DNA of 64,000 bases from Spirochaetia bacterium (lineage in GTDB: Bacteria > Spirochaetota > Spirochaetia > SZUA-6 > Bin103). Below the pieces are notes generated by a model that was not told where the DNA came from, made no database searches, and saw only the letters and a program-made list of their open reading frames with translations. The DNA lies in the NCBI GenBank assembly GCA_965199955.1, contig CBDATQ010000001.1, forward strand, positions 416,001 to 480,000, given 5' to 3'. The translations under genes were made by a program, and so were the position numbers. Positions 50,306 through 60,269 of this stretch are shown one piece after another. The stretch's first letter is position 1. Each line of letters opens with the position of its first letter.

Positions 50306-51661
50306 ATGAACGAACCGTTTCACGCGTACGACATCCGCTCGGTGTACGGCGCCGGTATCGACGTGCCGGTGGCATACCGCATCGGCCGCGCGCTGGCCCG
50401 GCACCTGGATGCCGAGCGCTACCTGCTCGGCCACGACGCGCGCACCCACTCGCCGGCGCTCAGTGAAGCCCTGGCGCGCGGGCTTGCCGCCGAAGGGCGG
50501 CGCGTGGCAAGCGTCGGCCTCACGACCACGCCGGCGCTCCACTTCCTGCAGATCGAGGCCGGCTGCGACGCCGGCGTGATGGCGACCGCCTCGCACAACC
50601 CGCCCCAGTACCACGGCTTCAAGGTCTTCGACAGCACCGGCGGATCGGTGAGCTACGCCAAGGGACTCTCGCGCGTGGAGGCGCTGCTGGCCGAGGTCGA
50701 AGGCGAAGAGGCCGGCGCCGCCCGGCTGCTGCCGGAGCCCGCGCCGTCCGTGGACGGGTACGTCGACCTGGTAGCCACGGCCGCGGAGGGGGCACCGTTG
50801 GCGCCGGTCGTGGTGGACGTGTCCAACGGCTCGGCCGGAGCGCTGACGCGGGCGGTGTCCGACCGGCTGGGCGGCTTCGTGACGGTGCTCAACGGCCAGC
50901 CGGACGGCACGTTCCCGGCGCATCCCCCCAATCCGCTGGAGGAGGCCAGCCTGTGCGACATCGCACCCGCGGTGCGCGCCGGCGACGCGGCCTTCGGGGC
51001 GATCCTCGACGGCGACGGCGACCGGGTGATGTTCGTCGACGAGCGCGGCGAGGTGGTGGCCGCCCCCTTCAGCGGCGCCCTGCTGGCCCGGGAGATGCTG
51101 AGGCGCCATCCGGGAGCCGCGATCGTGCACGACCTGATCGCCTCGCGCGTGTTCGCCGAGGAGATCGCCGCCGCCGGCGGCCGCGCGGTGCGCTCGGCGG
51201 TGGGCTACACCCACCTGTACGACGCGATGGTGGAAGCGGACGCCGTGTTCGGCTGCGAGACCTCGGGACACCTGTACTTCCGTGTCTCCGATTCCTTCTT
51301 CACCGAGTCGGCGCTGTACGCGATCGTGATGATGGCGGCGCTCCTGGCGCGCGGCGGGCAGCCGCTGTCGGCGCTGGCCGCGCCGCTGCGCAGCCGCTAC
51401 GCGCAGTCGGCGGAGATCAACCTGCCGGTCGGCGCCCGCGAGGAGGCGCTGGCGGCGATGGAACGCATGCGTCACCGCTACCGCGACGCGGAGCTCGACA
51501 CCCTGGACGGGCTGTCGGTGGCGTACGGCCACGTCTGGTTTGCCATTCGCCCGAGCAATACGGAGCCGCTGCTGCGGCTGCGCCTGGAAGGGCGCGACGC
51601 CGCCACCGTGGCGGCCACGCTGGCGGAGGTGCGCGCCGTCATCGAAGGAAGGGAACGATGA
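50306..51661 (+). CDS. Phosphomannomutase/phosphoglucomutase
   Basis: YDIR, TASHNP, DGDGDR, ETSGH, RPSNTEP. Confidence 0.93.
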   Translation: MNEPFHAYDIRSVYGAGIDVPVAYRIGRALARHLDAERYLLGHDARTHSPALSEALARGLAAEGRRVASVGLTTTPALHFLQIEAGCDAGVMATASHNPPQYHGFKVFDSTGGSVSYAKGLSRVEALLAEVEGEEAGAARLLPEPAPSVDGYVDLVATAAEGAPLAPVVVDVSNGSAGALTRAVSDRLGGFVTVLNGQPDGTFPAHPPNPLEEASLCDIAPAVRAGDAAFGAILDGDGDRVMFVDERGEVVAAPFSGALLAREMLRRHPGAAIVHDLIASRVFAEEIAAAGGRAVRSAVGYTHLYDAMVEADAVFGCETSGHLYFRVSDSFFTESALYAIVMMAALLARGGQPLSALAAPLRSRYAQSAEINLPVGAREEALAAMERMRHRYRDAELDTLDGLSVAYGHVWFAIRPSNTEPLLRLRLEGRDAATVAATLAEVRAVIEGRER

Positions 51662-52257
51662 AGATCCGATACAACGCGCCGGTGGTGTTGAGCTACGCGG
51701 TCGCGGCCGCGGTCGTGATGGTGCTCGACCAGATCGCTGGCGCGCAGTTCGCGGAGAGGAACTTCGCCATTCCCGGCAGCCTGGCCGGCTCGGCGCCGCT
51801 CGGCTACCTGCGGCTGATCACCCACGTGCTCGGGCACGCCAACTGGGCGCACCTGCTCGCCAACTTCGCGCTGATTCTCCTGATCGGGCCGATCCTGGAG
51901 GAGAAGTACGGCTCCTGGCCGCTGCTGATGATGATGGGGATCACGGCGCTGGCCACCGGCGGCCTGAACGTGCTGTTCCTGTCCACCGGCCTGATGGGCG
52001 CCAGCGGCATCGTCTTCATGATGATCCTGCTGAGCTCGTTCACGAACATCCGCTCCGGGGAGATCCCGCTCACCTTCGTGCTGGTGGTCCTGATGTACCT
52101 GACGCGCGAGGTGTTCGCCGCCGTCACGGAGGATTCGATCTCGCAGTTCGCCCACATCGCCGGAGGCATCTGCGGCAGCCTGTTCGGCTTCGCGATCACC
52201 CGCGCGGCGCCGCAGCTCGCGCAGCCGGCCGAGCCGACAGACCACCTGGAGGAGTGA
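51658..52257 (+). CDS. Rhomboid-family intramembrane protease
   Basis: HANWAHLLAN, GASG, AHIAGG. Confidence 0.88.
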   Translation: MKIRYNAPVVLSYAVAAAVVMVLDQIAGAQFAERNFAIPGSLAGSAPLGYLRLITHVLGHANWAHLLANFALILLIGPILEEKYGSWPLLMMMGITALATGGLNVLFLSTGLMGASGIVFMMILLSSFTNIRSGEIPLTFVLVVLMYLTREVFAAVTEDSISQFAHIAGGICGSLFGFAITRAAPQLAQPAEPTDHLEE

Positions 52258-52259
52258 CC

Positions 52260-53345
52260 ATGAGCCCGCCATCACCTGCCGGAGGGGCCGACGGAACGGC
52301 CGGCGCCGTGCGCTACGGCGCCGACACCCTGCGCACCTTCGCCGCCGACGTCATCCGCGCCCTGGGCGGCTACGCCGAGCACGCCGAGATCGTCGCCCGC
52401 CACCTGGTGCTGGCCAACCTGGTCGGCCACGACTCGCACGGCGTGTTCCGGCTGCCACAGTACGCGGACTTCCTGGACCGCGGCCACATCGACCCGGCGG
52501 CCCGTCCGACCGTGGAGCGCGAGACGCCGTCGACCGCCGTGATCGACGGTCACAACACCTGGGGGCACGCGGTCGCGGAGCTCGCCACGCAGATCGCCGC
52601 GGCCAAGGCGGACCGCACCGGCATGGCAGCGGTCGGCGTGCGCAATGCCTTCCACGTCGGCCGCGCCGGCGCCTACCCGGCCATGCTGGCCGAGCAGGGG
52701 CTGATCGGGCAGATCTTCTGCAGCGCCGAGGGCTCGGCCTTCATCGCTCCGTGGGGCGGCACCGAGCGGCGGCTCGCCACCAACCCGATCGCCATCGCCG
52801 TCCCCACCGGCGGCGAGCCGATCCTGGTCGACATGACCACCAGCGTGGTGGCCGAAGGCAAGGTGAAGCTGGCCCGCACCGCCGGCAAGACGCTGCCGCC
52901 GGGCTGGATCCTGGACAAGGACGGGGAGCCGAGCACCGATCCGGAGGCGCTGTACGCCGACGGCACGCTGCTGCCGCTCGGCGGAAGCGTGGCCCACAAG
53001 GGCTACGGGCTGTCGGTCATCGTCGACCTGCTCGGCAGCATCCTCAACGGGGGTGCGCCGGGCAACATGGGTCCGATCCTGCACAACCATTTCCTGCTGC
53101 AGGCGTTCGATCCGGCGACGGTCACGGACCGCACCGCGATGGAGGCGGCGCAGGAACGCTACTTCGAGTACCTGCGCTCGTCGCGGAAACGGGCCGGCGT
53201 GACGGAGATCCTGCTGCCGGGTGAGCCGGAGCAGCGTTCCATGGCCGACCGGCAGGCGAACGGCATCCCGCTCGACGCCGGGGTGATCAGCTCGCTCGAC
53301 GAGCTCTGCGCGCGGCTGTCCGTCACCCCCCTCGCGGAGCGCTAA
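52260..53345 (+). CDS. Ldh_2 family oxidoreductase (type 2 malate/L-lactate dehydrogenase)
   Basis: GHDSHG, TNPIAIA, DMTTS, HKGYGL, LPGE. Confidence 0.92.
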   Translation: MSPPSPAGGADGTAGAVRYGADTLRTFAADVIRALGGYAEHAEIVARHLVLANLVGHDSHGVFRLPQYADFLDRGHIDPAARPTVERETPSTAVIDGHNTWGHAVAELATQIAAAKADRTGMAAVGVRNAFHVGRAGAYPAMLAEQGLIGQIFCSAEGSAFIAPWGGTERRLATNPIAIAVPTGGEPILVDMTTSVVAEGKVKLARTAGKTLPPGWILDKDGEPSTDPEALYADGTLLPLGGSVAHKGYGLSVIVDLLGSILNGGAPGNMGPILHNHFLLQAFDPATVTDRTAMEAAQERYFEYLRSSRKRAGVTEILLPGEPEQRSMADRQANGIPLDAGVISSLDELCARLSVTPLAER

Positions 53346-53400
53346 CGTGCCGACAGTTCGGGGGCATACGAAAGACCGCTGACCGCGGTAGTCACAACCT

Positions 53401-53445
53401 CAAGTCGTGATACGACAAGCCATGACTTGACAAGTCGTGACTTGA
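53401..53445. repeat. Three tandem 15-bp palindromic units (consensus CAAGTCGTGACTTGA)
   Basis: caagtcgtgatacga / caagccatgacttga / caagtcgtgacttga; followed by the IR TGACGAAC-GG-GTTCGTCA (53443-53460). Confidence 0.8.
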
Positions 53446-53516
53446 CGAACGGGTTCGTCAGCCCAGCAGCCAACCAACCTTGACCCGCAACCGCAGGCTC
53501 CCAACCATTGGCAGCC

Positions 53517-56060
53517 ATGAACAGGCCATCTGGATCAGCTTCGCAGCCCGTCCCTGAGCGGGCCAAGGTCGCCGTGATCGGCGCCGGCATCGTCGGCAAC
53601 TGCCTGGTCGCCCACTTGGCGGAGCTGGGCTGGGAGGACCTGGTCCTGATCGACAAGGGACCGCTGCCCAACCCGGGCGGCTCCACCGGCCACGCGTCCA
53701 ACTTCATCTTCCCCACCGACCACGGCCGCGAGATCGCCATGCTGACGCTGGAGAGCCAGCGCCAGTACGAGGAGCTGGGGGTGAACACCACCTGCGGTGG
53801 GGTGGAGGTCGCGCGCACCGAGGAGCGCATGGAGGAGTTGCGCCGGCGCATGACTTCGGCGCGCTCCTGGGGCATCGAAGCGGAGCTGTTGACGCCCGAC
53901 GAGGTGGTCGCGCGCGTTCCGTACGTGGACGGCGCCGTCATCAAGGGCGGCTTCTGGATGCCGGCCGTGTCGGTGGTGGACTCGGTCAAGGCCGGCACCA
54001 TCATGCGTGAACGAGCTCTGGCAAAAGGCGTGCTGACCGTGCTGGACAGTACCGAGGTCACCGGGCTGGAGGTCGAGTCCCGCCCGTTCGGCCGGCCGCG
54101 CATCCGCACGGTGGTGACCGGCCGCGGCGCGATCGCGGTGGATCAGGTGGTGGTCGCCTGCGGCGTGTGGAGCCCGCGCGTGGCGGCCATGGCCGGCGCC
54201 AGCATCCCGCTCACGCCGGCCGTGCACCAGATGGCCGACATGGGTCCGATCGACCTGATGAAGAAGACCGGCAACGAGATCGGCTATCCGATCGTGCGCG
54301 ACATGGACGTGTTCATGTACGAGCGGCAGAGCCACGAGGCGATGGAGGTCGGATCCTACGCCCATCGCCCGATCCTGGTGCGCCCCGACGACATTCCCTC
54401 CTTGGAAGAGGCGGAGCGCTCGCCCACCGAGATGCCCTTCACGGGCGACGACTTCGCCCCGCAGCTCGGCCACGCGCGCGAGATCATGGGCGACCTCCTC
54501 GCCGGCTCCGAGATGCAGTACGCCGTGAACGGCCTGCTCTCGCTGACCCCCGACGCGCAGCAGGTGCTGGGCGAGACGGCCGAGGTCGAGGGGCTCTGGT
54601 CGGCGGCGGCGGTGTGGATCAAGGAGGGTCCGGGCACCGCGCGCCTGATCGCCGAATGGATGACCCACGGCTATCCGCGCCTGTGCGATCCGCACGGCTC
54701 GGACATCACCCGTTTCTACGCGCACGAGCGCACGGAGCGCCACATCCGCGCGCGCGCGAACGAGCATTTCAACAAGACCTACGGCATCGTCCACCCGCGC
54801 GAGCAGTGGGCGTCCGAGCGCGGCATGAACCGAGCCCCGTTCCACGACCGCACCGCCGCGCTCGGCGCCGAGCTGTACGACGCGCGCGGCTGGGAGCGCC
54901 CGCAGTGGTACGCGTCGAACGCCGACCTGGTGGAGCGCTACGGCGTGCCCGACCGCCCGCACGAGTGGGACCGGCGCTGGTGGTCGCCGATCATCAACGC
55001 CGAGCACCTGCATTTGCGCGAGAAGGTCGGGATCGTCGACTTGAGCGCGTTCCAGCTCTTCGACGTCTCCGGCCCCGGCGTGGTGCCCTACCTGGAGCGC
55101 CTGACCGTCAACAAGTGCGACCGGCCGGCGGGCAGCTCGATCTACACTCCGCTGCTCACCCCGGACGGCGGCATCCGCGCCGACCTGACCATCCAGCGGC
55201 TGGCCGCCGACCGCTTCCGGGTCGTCACCGGCGCCTTCGACGGCGCCCGCGACGAGGTGTGGTTTCGCCGCCACCTGCCGGACGACGGCTCGGTGCAGTT
55301 CGAGAACCGGTCCTCGGCGCTGTGCACGATCGGCGTGTGGGGGCCGGAGGCGTGCGCGCTGCTCGCCGGCATCACCGACACCGGCCTGTCGCAGGCGCAG
55401 TTCCCGTACGGGACGCTGCGGGAGGCGATCATCGACGGCGTGCCCGTGACCATGCTGCGCATCTCCTACGTGGGCGAGGGCGGCTTCGAGATCACCACGG
55501 CCATGCCGCACGGCGTGCGCCTGTGGGACGCGCTGTGGGAGGCGGGCCGCCCGCTCGGCGCCCGTCCGGTGGGCATCGGCGTCTACGGGACCACCGGCCG
55601 CATGGAGAAGGGCTACCTGCTGATGGGCTCCGACCTCACCGCCGAGTACTCGCCGGCGGAGGCCGGCCTGGCCCGCCCGCGCGTGAAGCGCGACGACTTC
55701 ATCGGCAAGGCGGCCTACCTGAAGGCGAGAGCCGACGGCCCGCTGGCGACGATGTGCGCGCTGACCATGGACGACCACACCGGCGCGGCCGGCATCGACC
55801 GCTTCCCGACCGGCGGCAACGAGCCGATCCTGACACTGGACGGAGAGCGCATCGCCGACGCGCACGGCCGCGAGTCGCGCGTGACCTCGGGCGGCATGGG
55901 ACCGTCGGTGGGCACGTACCTGCTGTTCGCCTACTTGCCGGTTGAGCACGCGGCGGCCGGAACCCGCCTGCAGGTGCTGTACATGAACGAGCCCTTCCCC
56001 GTGACCGTCGCCCCCGGCCTGGCCCTGTTCGATCCGGCCGATACGCGCATGAAGGCATGA
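53517..56060 (+). CDS. Dimethylglycine oxidase/dehydrogenase-like FAD + GcvT-domain protein
   Basis: IGAGIVG, GSTGHA, GWERP.WY, RISYVGE.GFE, RMEKGY. Confidence 0.92.
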   Translation: MNRPSGSASQPVPERAKVAVIGAGIVGNCLVAHLAELGWEDLVLIDKGPLPNPGGSTGHASNFIFPTDHGREIAMLTLESQRQYEELGVNTTCGGVEVARTEERMEELRRRMTSARSWGIEAELLTPDEVVARVPYVDGAVIKGGFWMPAVSVVDSVKAGTIMRERALAKGVLTVLDSTEVTGLEVESRPFGRPRIRTVVTGRGAIAVDQVVVACGVWSPRVAAMAGASIPLTPAVHQMADMGPIDLMKKTGNEIGYPIVRDMDVFMYERQSHEAMEVGSYAHRPILVRPDDIPSLEEAERSPTEMPFTGDDFAPQLGHAREIMGDLLAGSEMQYAVNGLLSLTPDAQQVLGETAEVEGLWSAAAVWIKEGPGTARLIAEWMTHGYPRLCDPHGSDITRFYAHERTERHIRARANEHFNKTYGIVHPREQWASERGMNRAPFHDRTAALGAELYDARGWERPQWYASNADLVERYGVPDRPHEWDRRWWSPIINAEHLHLREKVGIVDLSAFQLFDVSGPGVVPYLERLTVNKCDRPAGSSIYTPLLTPDGGIRADLTIQRLAADRFRVVTGAFDGARDEVWFRRHLPDDGSVQFENRSSALCTIGVWGPEACALLAGITDTGLSQAQFPYGTLREAIIDGVPVTMLRISYVGEGGFEITTAMPHGVRLWDALWEAGRPLGARPVGIGVYGTTGRMEKGYLLMGSDLTAEYSPAEAGLARPRVKRDDFIGKAAYLKARADGPLATMCALTMDDHTGAAGIDRFPTGGNEPILTLDGERIADAHGRESRVTSGGMGPSVGTYLLFAYLPVEHAAAGTRLQVLYMNEPFPVTVAPGLALFDPADTRMKA

Positions 56061-56182
56061 GGGCCCGGCCGCGCCGCCGGCGGTAGCCCGTTGCGCCCCA
56101 GTCCATCGTGTGCCGGCTGGACGCCTGGGATCTGGCTCCGGCCCATCCCTGACGTGCGCCGGCGCGGACTGGCGCGACGCTC

Positions 56183-57298
56183 TCAGATGCGGCCGGTGCG
56201 GCGCAGCAGCCGCAGGTGGTTGCGCACGTTGTCGTGCTCGAAGTAGGCGTCCTGCAGGTGGCGCATGCCCGTGGAGCGGAGCTCCGTGCGGCCGTGCAGG
56301 ACGCGGTGGCTGGCCATCACCATGACGTGGCCGTCCTCAAGGCGGCAGGAAGCCCGGACGCCGGGGTCGTTCATGCGCGTCGACAGCTCGTGGTAGGCGG
56401 CGTAGAAGTCGTTCAGCCGCGGCTCTGACAGCGGAATGGGCTGCATCTGCTGCGTGTTGAAGCGCACCAGCCGGACGTTGCCGCCGGCGTCCAGGTCGAT
56501 CACGGGATTGACCGCGTAGCTCTCGTCATCGTCGCTGAACAGGCGGAACGGCACCGGAACTGCGCAGAGCGCGTCGAACTTCTCCGGGTGGTCGCGGCGC
56601 AACCCGCTCACCACGCCGAACGCGTCCACGATCGAGGAGTCGCCGCCCTCGCACTCGTTCACCAGCATGTGCAGGAGCTGCACGCTCGGCGGCCAGTTGT
56701 AGCTGGTGAAGTCGTTGTGCGGGGCGAGCGCCAGCTTCGTGTGCGCGATGCTGTAGCCGGCCGGATTGACCACGACGTTGTGGATACGGTCGAACACCAC
56801 CTCGCGGATCGGCCCCAGGCGGGCGGCGAGCTGCTCCGATGAGTCCGGCTCGGTGGGGGCGTCGACCAGCACGCACGCGCCGGTCTCCAGGAAGTCCTCG
56901 ATCAGGTCCGCGGCGGTGCGGTCGTGGTCCAGGAATCGCCGGTAGTCGAATTGCCGCGGCCGGAAGCGGCCATCCCAGTAGCGCAGGCGGGTGGGAGGCA
57001 ACTCGATGAGGTCGTGGATCTCGCTCGACCGGTAGCGCGTCCGGTGTCCGTCCGGCCATGCGATGGCGATCGCCTCGTCCTCGCGGCCGGACCGCTCGAT
57101 GGTGACCTGCTGCGGACGCAGGTCCGAGGCGACCCGGAAGAGGTGGAACCGCTTCTCCGTGGTCTGCTCGACCCGGCACTCGCTGCAGCCGCAGTTGTCG
57201 CGCAGCCACAGGTAGGGAAGATCGGTCTGCGCGCCATCCTGCCAGACCGCGGCCAAGGCTTCGCCGTTCTCGGCGATGTTGCTGATCGAGTGATGCAT
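56183..57298 (-). CDS. Gamma-butyrobetaine hydroxylase-like Fe(II)/2-oxoglutarate dioxygenase
   Basis: WLRDNCGCSEC...WPDGH Zn domain; HND, RVLHGR, RHLQDAY. Confidence 0.88.
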   Translation of the reverse strand: MHHSISNIAENGEALAAVWQDGAQTDLPYLWLRDNCGCSECRVEQTTEKRFHLFRVASDLRPQQVTIERSGREDEAIAIAWPDGHRTRYRSSEIHDLIELPPTRLRYWDGRFRPRQFDYRRFLDHDRTAADLIEDFLETGACVLVDAPTEPDSSEQLAARLGPIREVVFDRIHNVVVNPAGYSIAHTKLALAPHNDFTSYNWPPSVQLLHMLVNECEGGDSSIVDAFGVVSGLRRDHPEKFDALCAVPVPFRLFSDDDESYAVNPVIDLDAGGNVRLVRFNTQQMQPIPLSEPRLNDFYAAYHELSTRMNDPGVRASCRLEDGHVMVMASHRVLHGRTELRSTGMRHLQDAYFEHDNVRNHLRLLRRTGRI

Positions 57299-57479
57299 GG
57301 CGGACCCTCAATCGGTGATGACCGGCCCGGAACCCGGGCACGCGAACGCTACCGCGTATCAAGGGGTGCCGTTTCGGCCCGTGTCAAGCTTTTTTTGACG
57401 AAAATCAGATCGCTGCGCCGGGGCTGTTGACCGGGGTATCGGTCCCGCATACACCATGTGCATCGGGAGAGGTACAGGC

Positions 57480-58076
57480 ATGCATACGACGACGACGCCC
57501 GATGCGCCCACGGTGAGCTTCGCCCACATGGCGGACGGCACCTGCGAGGACTACGAGCTGCTCGCGCGGTTCGAGGACGAGTTCGCCGCCGGCACCGCGG
57601 ATCGCATGCTGGGGCAGCTCCGTGCGCTGTCCGGATCGCTGGCCGGCTACCAGGTGGACCGGCTGGAGCACTCGCTGCAGACCGCGACGCGCGCCTACCG
57701 CGACGGCGCGGAAGAGGAGATGGTGGTGGCGGCCCTGCTGCACGACATCGACGACCTGCTGGCCCCGCACAGCCACGGGGAGCTTTCCGCCCTCATCCTG
57801 CGCCCCTACGTGACCGAGCGGACGTACTGGATCGTCCGGCATCACGGGCTGTTCCAGCTCGTCTACTACGGCCACTTCCGCGGCTGGGACCCGAACGCGC
57901 GCGACAAGTACCGCGACCACCCGTGGTACCAGGACGCGGTGGACTTCTGCCACCGCTGGGACCAGTGCGCATTCGACCCCGACTACGAATCGCTGCCGCT
58001 GGAATTCTTCGAACCGATGGTGCGCCGCGTGTTCGCGCGCGAGCCGTTCAGCCTTGCCCCCAGGGAGCACTCATGA
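57480..58076 (+). CDS. HD-domain metalloprotein (PhnZ/TmpB-like superfamily)
   Basis: LEHSLQTA, AALLHDI, SHG, HHG, WDQCAFD. Confidence 0.85.
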   Translation: MHTTTTPDAPTVSFAHMADGTCEDYELLARFEDEFAAGTADRMLGQLRALSGSLAGYQVDRLEHSLQTATRAYRDGAEEEMVVAALLHDIDDLLAPHSHGELSALILRPYVTERTYWIVRHHGLFQLVYYGHFRGWDPNARDKYRDHPWYQDAVDFCHRWDQCAFDPDYESLPLEFFEPMVRRVFAREPFSLAPREHS

Positions 58077-59370
58077 CCACGCAACCACAGAGCGTCGACC
58101 AGTCCGACCGCGTCGTCCCGATCAACCTGCGCCAGAGCGGCCGCACCCCGACCGAGTTGCTCATCTCCACCCGCGTGCGCAAGTCGCCCTACTGGCACCT
58201 GTCGCACGCGGCGGGCTGCTGGCGCGCCACGGTCTACAATCGCATCTACCACCCGCGCGGCTACGTGCGGCCGGAGGCGCGGCGGCCGAGCACGAGGCGC
58301 TGACCAATCACGTCACGCTGTGGAACGTCGCGGTCGAGCGCCAGATCCGCGTCAAGGGGCCGGACGCGGAGCGGTTCACGGACTACGTCATCACCCGCAA
58401 CGCGAAGCGCATCAAGCCCATGCACGCCAAGTACGTCATCCTCTGCAACGAACGGGGCGGCATCCTCAACGACCCGGTGCTGCTGCGCCTGTCGGAAGAC
58501 GAGTTCTGGTTCTCGCTCGCCGACTCAGACCTTCTGTACTGGCTGCAGGGGGTCAACGTCGGCATGCGCATGGACGTCGAGATCGACGAGATCGACGCCT
58601 GCCCGGTGCAGATCCAGGGGCCGAAGTCGGAGTCGCTGATGGCCGACCTTGTGGGCGAGGGGATCCGCGACATTCCCTATTACGGGGTCATGGAGGCGGA
58701 AATCGCCGGCTGTGATGTCGTCATCTCCCAGTCCGGATTCTCGGGCGAGAAGGGATACGAGATCTACCTGCGCGCCGCCACGCTGCACGCCGAGAAGCTC
58801 TGGAACGCGGTGCTGGAAGCGGGCAAGGCGCACCAACTCATGGTCATAGCCCCCGGCCACCAGCGCCGTATCCAGGCCGGCATCATGTCCTGGGGCCAGG
58901 ACATCGACCACGAGACGCTGCCGTTCCAGTGCGACCTGGCCTACCAGGTGCCCCGCAAGAAGAAGGCCGACTACATCGGCAAGGCGGCGCTGGAGCGCGT
59001 CCGCGAGCAGATCGACGCCGGGAAGCCGCCGTTCAAGATGACGATGGCCGGCATGACCATGGGCGGCAAGCCCATCGACGACTACGCGCCCGATTTCTGG
59101 CTGCTGTCCGATGCCGACGCGGGCGATCCGATCGGCTTCCTGACGTCGCCGTGGCACGCGCCGGAGCTGGGCTGCAACATCGGGATGGGGTGGGTGCCGG
59201 TCGGCCGGTCGGCCATCGGCACCGAGCTCACCGTGTGGCTGCCGGACGAGTACGCCAGCGAGCCGGGAAAGCCCGACCGCGCGCAGGTGTGCGAGGTGCC
59301 GTTCCGCCCGTCGGTCAATCCCTCTGCGCGCGAGATCGCGCACGCCCGCGGCGAGGACTCCACGATCTGA
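58073..59370 (+). CDS. GcvT/DmdA-like THF-dependent aminomethyltransferase, frameshifted near 58275
   Basis: N-terminus RKSPY..TVYNRIYHPRGY in one frame; LWNVAVERQI, ILNDPVL, QIQGPKS, SGFSGEKGYEI, RRIQAG in another. Confidence 0.85.
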
Positions 59371-59392
59371 GCGGCTGGCCGGCGCTACGAGC

Positions 59393-60208
59393 GTGACTGC
59401 CGGGATCGCGGACGGCGAGCCGCCTCTGGACCGGGAGCGACTGTTCCGCGGCGAGATCCTGGCGTTCCGGCGGATGCCGTCCATGGCGGCCCTGGCGGAG
59501 CGGGCGCGGGTGATGGCCTGCGCGGCGTTCGCGCCGCATGCCCCGCCGGACGCTCAGGCGTCGCTCGATCGCGCGGAGTTCCTGGCGCGGGCGGGCGACC
59601 TCCGGCGCTCCTTCATGCGGGACGGAGAGGTGCGCGCGGCGTTTCGGGCGGTGATCGAGGCGCTGGGGCTCGACCCCGCCTCCACCTGCTCCGACCGTCT
59701 CATCCTGCGCCTGCAGCCGGGCGGCGACACGCACCGCGGCCGGCGCGTGCGGGATCTGCCCGCGCACCGCGACACCTGGGGCTCCAACGTCATGGCGCAG
59801 ATCAACCTGTGGGGGCCGGTGTTCCCGGTGGAGGCGGGCGCCACCATGGTGATCTGGCCGGCGCTGTTCGAACGGCAGGTGCCGAACACCAGCGCCGAAT
59901 GGGACCTGGAACGGCTGCGCGAGTCGCCCGGGCGCTACCCGCTGCTGCCCGAGTGCCGGGCGCCGCTCGATGACGCCGAGGGAGTCCCGGTCCTGATCGA
60001 GCCCGGCGACCTGCTGTGCTTCTCCGGGGCGCACCTGCACGCCAGCCGTCGCAACCGGACGGGCCGGACGCGCGTGAGCATCGACAGCCGCATCGTCGAC
60101 CGCGGCGACGTGCGCGCCGGGCGCGGGGCGCCGAACGTCGATGGCCGCGCTCCGCGGGTCGCCCCGGAGTGGTTCCGCGGCGTCGCGGACGGCCGGCCGC
60201 TGGCGTGA
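59393..60208 (+). CDS. Putative Fe(II)/2OG dioxygenase-fold protein
   Basis: PAHRDTW (HxD), INLWGP, PGDLLCFSGAHLHAS, R.SIDSR. Confidence 0.7.
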   Translation: MTAGIADGEPPLDRERLFRGEILAFRRMPSMAALAERARVMACAAFAPHAPPDAQASLDRAEFLARAGDLRRSFMRDGEVRAAFRAVIEALGLDPASTCSDRLILRLQPGGDTHRGRRVRDLPAHRDTWGSNVMAQINLWGPVFPVEAGATMVIWPALFERQVPNTSAEWDLERLRESPGRYPLLPECRAPLDDAEGVPVLIEPGDLLCFSGAHLHASRRNRTGRTRVSIDSRIVDRGDVRAGRGAPNVDGRAPRVAPEWFRGVADGRPLA

Positions 60209-60269
60209 GGGTGACGGGCAACGCCGGTTCGGGCGACGATCGCGGCGCCACGGGCGCAGGAGGAGAGCC

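Noticed and set aside
53346..53516. Glycine, ZTP or THF riboswitch before the GcvT-domain gene
   Set aside because: Could not match the conserved cores by eye; needs an Infernal search
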